The notes under the pieces are model-generated. The model was not told where the DNA came from. It was given only the letters and a program-made list of their open reading frames with translations, and ran no database searches. Shown here piece after piece: positions 61,597-64,000 of a stretch of DNA of 64,000 nt; within the stretch, counting starts at the first letter, position 1; each line of letters opens with the position of its first letter. Both the position numbers and the translations under genes were made by a program. The DNA comes from Acidobacteria bacterium UBA6911 (GTDB taxonomy: Bacteria > Acidobacteriota > UBA6911 > RPQK01 > JAJDTT01), in assembly GCA_963579905.1 (NCBI GenBank), contig CAUZIZ010000006.1, positions 1,707-65,706 on the forward strand, given 5' to 3'.

Positions 61597-64000
61597 CTAG
61601 AGCGCTGAACCTCTTTCCAGGAAGGCAAACAAATCGACCAGATCGGTGAGGCCCATTGTGTCGAGCAGGTCCTCGGGCATGATGGAGATCTGAGAAACTC
61701 GCTTCTCGAGGATATCTTTCTTGTCCAGCTTGATCCGCTCTCCGTTGGCGGTGATCAGGATAAGGCTGATTTCGGATTCACCTGCGACCATGCCGGTCAC
61801 GGTCTCATTTTTCTTCAAATCCACCACGACACCAGTGTATTGATCGGAGATCACGCGGGAGGGATACATGATGGATTCCAGGATCTCGCCCCGTCGGAAC
61901 CTCTTGACCGCCGTCGACAGGTCGGGTCCACCCCCTCGCCCCTCATTCCCGAAGACGTGACAGTTGGCGCATTTGGCCCGGCGAAAGACGATGCGTCCCC
62001 TGTCCACGTCACCATCCTCGTAGCTCATCGGACTGAATTCAAAATAACCGTTGAGTTCCTCGAAACTCATCTGTGACAAAGGATTATGCTCTTCTACTTT
62101 CTCACTATTCACCTCTGCCATGAGCTCCCGAGCCCGTTGAGCCTGTTCCGCTAGATAGCGTTCCTTCCCATCCTCCGCCCGCCTGCGCTCGTCTGGCTCC
62201 AGAAGTGCGAGCGTGTCCTGCCACAGATTCTCGATGAAGCCTACCATGCTGGCCGCGCCCGCTATTTCTCGTCCCCGCTCGAACCAATCCACCAATCGCT
62301 CACGCAACTGGGGGTTCCAACCATTGCGGATCTCACGGAGGGCGTAGACCGTGCTGATCTCGTCTTCCTGGGAGCGCCCGGGCTGAAGCTGATCGAGCAG
62401 GGCTTGGATCGATCCTTCAGGCTGCATATAGGCCAGGAGGAACTCCAACTCGCGGTCGAGCAAATGCTTCTTCGAGGGATAACGGTTCAGCAACCGAGGT
62501 CCTACCTTAGAGATGAACGGGACACGGTGGTCTTTGCCCACCGCGGGATCGCGGACCAAGGCCAATTGGCATACCCGGAGATAGCTGTGAAGCAAAGCAT
62601 CGTCTGGCAGGGAATCGCTGTACTCAAGCAGCTTCCCGAAAATGGAGTCCGCGTCGTCGCGGGTGGTCTGAGTATGGACCAGTGCCAGCAGTCCTTCCAA
62701 GGCGCGATGGGGATGTTGCTTGATGCTGTCACCGAGCACCATGGAAGCCCAGGAATCCCGGGGCAAGCGCTGAAGGGCCAGTCGAGCCGCGTAGCGGACG
62801 AAGCGGTCCGGCTGGTCCAGCAGAGCGAACAACCGCGTCAGAAGCAGGTCCTCCTGCTCGATCTGGGTATCGTTGCGGAGGCCGCTTCGGAGCAAGGCCT
62901 CGCAGGCCCTTCTGAGCACCAATGGATCTCCGTCCTGGAGGCTCTGCAGCAGGATCGAATAAGTGTGTTTCAGGGCATGGGTTCCCAGCAGCAGCACCGA
63001 AGCAGCCCGCGCCTCCGGGGACTCGTCCGTTGCCAAGGAGCGCAAGAGCTCCACATCGGGCCGTGGTCCCATGACTTGCAGCAGTTCCAGGGCCCGGAGC
63101 CTGGTTCGAGGGGCGGCCTGTTTGTCGCTCACGACTTTGAGGAGCTCTGTCCCCCAGGCTGCGCCCAGTTTTTCGCGCACACCTGAGATTCGGTGGCGCC
63201 CCCAGGCCGAGCGGTGCATGGGTTGCTCCAGGGCTGCCGCAAGGCCCGTTGTCTTGTCTCTGGGGCTGTTCCGATCCGTCCCTTTCCAGGTAACCCGGTA
63301 GAGTCCGCCAGTCGTGGACCTTCCTCCAGTCGCGAAGTAGAGAAAACCGTCTGGGCCGATGTCCAGATCGGTCACATTGAGGGGGTGCCCCTGAACAAAA
63401 TCGATGCTGGAACTACTGAAAGAAGCCCCCTTCTCTTTGGGGAAACTCACCAGGATTCGGCCCCGGGACCAATCGCCCAGGAAGAGCGCTCCTCGGTACT
63501 TCTCCGGATAAGTGTTGTGGTGGTAGAAGGCGATACCGACCGGGGAGCCTCGCCCCAGACTTTCAATTCCGGGGAGAGTGTCAGGGTAGGATTCGGGGAA
63601 CTTTCCCGACCCTGTTCGCCAGCCATAGTCGGCTCCGGGCGTGCAGTGGAGAACGCGGATGGGGCGATACCAGGGCAGCCCGAAGTCCCACTCCATGTCC
63701 GAATCGAAGGTGAAAATCTCGCCTTGCTCGTCGATGTCAAAATCGAAGGCATTGCGAAAACCGCCGTTGACCTGGCTCCATTGGTTCTGGTCCAGCTCCA
63801 GACGGTTCAGGGTGCCAGCAGGTGCCCAGACGGTATTGGCGTGTCCCCTGGGGTCCAGGTACCGGTCCAGGAGATGGTCTTCCTGGAGCCCCCGGGAGGG
63901 TGAGAGGGGATCGATGGAGACGTCGGGGAAGGAATGATTCCCATACATGACATAGAGGCTTCCGTCGATGCCTGTCCGAATGGCGTGCGGGCCATGTTCG
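61597..64000 (-). CDS. PVC-type membrane-bound dehydrogenase-domain + HEAT-repeat + C-terminal heme-binding (CxxCH) protein; N-terminus beyond the window
   Basis: C-terminal KCANCHVFGNEGRGGGPDLS cytochrome c motif. The dehydrogenase-like propeller region resembles the 15112..19668 protein. Confidence 0.85.
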   Translation of the reverse strand, partial: EHGPHAIRTGIDGSLYVMYGNHSFPDVSIDPLSPSRGLQEDHLLDRYLDPRGHANTVWAPAGTLNRLELDQNQWSQVNGGFRNAFDFDIDEQGEIFTFDSDMEWDFGLPWYRPIRVLHCTPGADYGWRTGSGKFPESYPDTLPGIESLGRGSPVGIAFYHHNTYPEKYRGALFLGDWSRGRILVSFPKEKGASFSSSSIDFVQGHPLNVTDLDIGPDGFLYFATGGRSTTGGLYRVTWKGTDRNSPRDKTTGLAAALEQPMHRSAWGRHRISGVREKLGAAWGTELLKVVSDKQAAPRTRLRALELLQVMGPRPDVELLRSLATDESPEARAASVLLLGTHALKHTYSILLQSLQDGDPLVLRRACEALLRSGLRNDTQIEQEDLLLTRLFALLDQPDRFVRYAARLALQRLPRDSWASMVLGDSIKQHPHRALEGLLALVHTQTTRDDADSIFGKLLEYSDSLPDDALLHSYLRVCQLALVRDPAVGKDHRVPFISKVGPRLLNRYPSKKHLLDRELEFLLAYMQPEGSIQALLDQLQPGRSQEDEISTVYALREIRNGWNPQLRERLVDWFERGREIAGAASMVGFIENLWQDTLALLEPDERRRAEDGKERYLAEQAQRARELMAEVNSEKVEEHNPLSQMSFEELNGYFEFSPMSYEDGDVDRGRIVFRRAKCANCHVFGNEGRGGGPDLSTAVKRFRRGEILESIMYPSRVISDQYTGVVVDLKKNETVTGMVAGESEISLILITANGERIKLDKKDILEKRVSQISIMPEDLLDTMGLTDLVDLFAFLERGSAL

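Noticed and set aside
61419-61628. 69-aa ORF spanning the 78-bp palindrome
   Set aside because: Its translation is dictated by the palindrome. There is no RBS and it is Arg/Pro-rich, so it is spurious.

Overview
This is a 64-kb, high-GC bacterial chromosomal segment that I could gene-call almost completely: about 50 protein-coding genes, with no rRNA, tRNA, CRISPR array, transposase, integrase or prophage gene detectable. The lineage looks like the PVC superphylum (Planctomycetota/Verrucomicrobiota-like), judging from two giant proteins with the Pirellula/Verrucomicrobium-type 'membrane-bound dehydrogenase + heme-binding (CxxCH)' architecture, a DUF1080 gene, several Tat-signal TIM-barrel sugar isomerase/epimerase-like genes and a complete Bat (MoxR-DUF58-BatA-E) operon. 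Recognisable genes include obg-nadD-rsfS-rlmH and a DksA/TraR zinc-finger gene, an S45 (penicillin-amidase family) acylase, a split siroheme pair sirC/cobA, a radical-SAM/SPASM enzyme, pckA, an HDOD-GGDEF protein, a Zn-ADH, an enolase-superfamily dehydratase, a 7-heme cytochrome c, an NRAMP transporter, and an ECF sigma/anti-sigma operon followed by two LTXXQ (Spy/CpxP-like) genes. Four genes are disrupted: a CRTAC1-like FG-GAP/ASPIC-thioredoxin fusion (in-frame TGA), a Tat-exported six-hairpin glycosidase (17-bp tandem duplication plus a second frameshift), a sodium:solute symporter (TAA + TGA + 1-bp indel) and a SAM methyltransferase (homopolymer indel). The most unusual content is non-coding. 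Six intergenic islands, mostly at convergent gene ends, are built from a mosaic family of repeat modules: a ~55-nt palindromic unit H, an ~85-nt unit T, and a ~150-170-nt MITE-like long hairpin S with ~37-bp terminal inverted repeats. A second family has AGTGAGC-heptad inverted-repeat arms around a conserved core and sits in 5' leaders. A ~56-nt motif followed by a Shine-Dalgarno-sequestering hairpin is conserved upstream of two unrelated genes, the Zn-ADH and the NRAMP transporter. There is also a perfect 78-bp palindrome. These are candidate undescribed mobile or regulatory RNA/DNA elements. Everything here is inferred from the sequence and family knowledge only.
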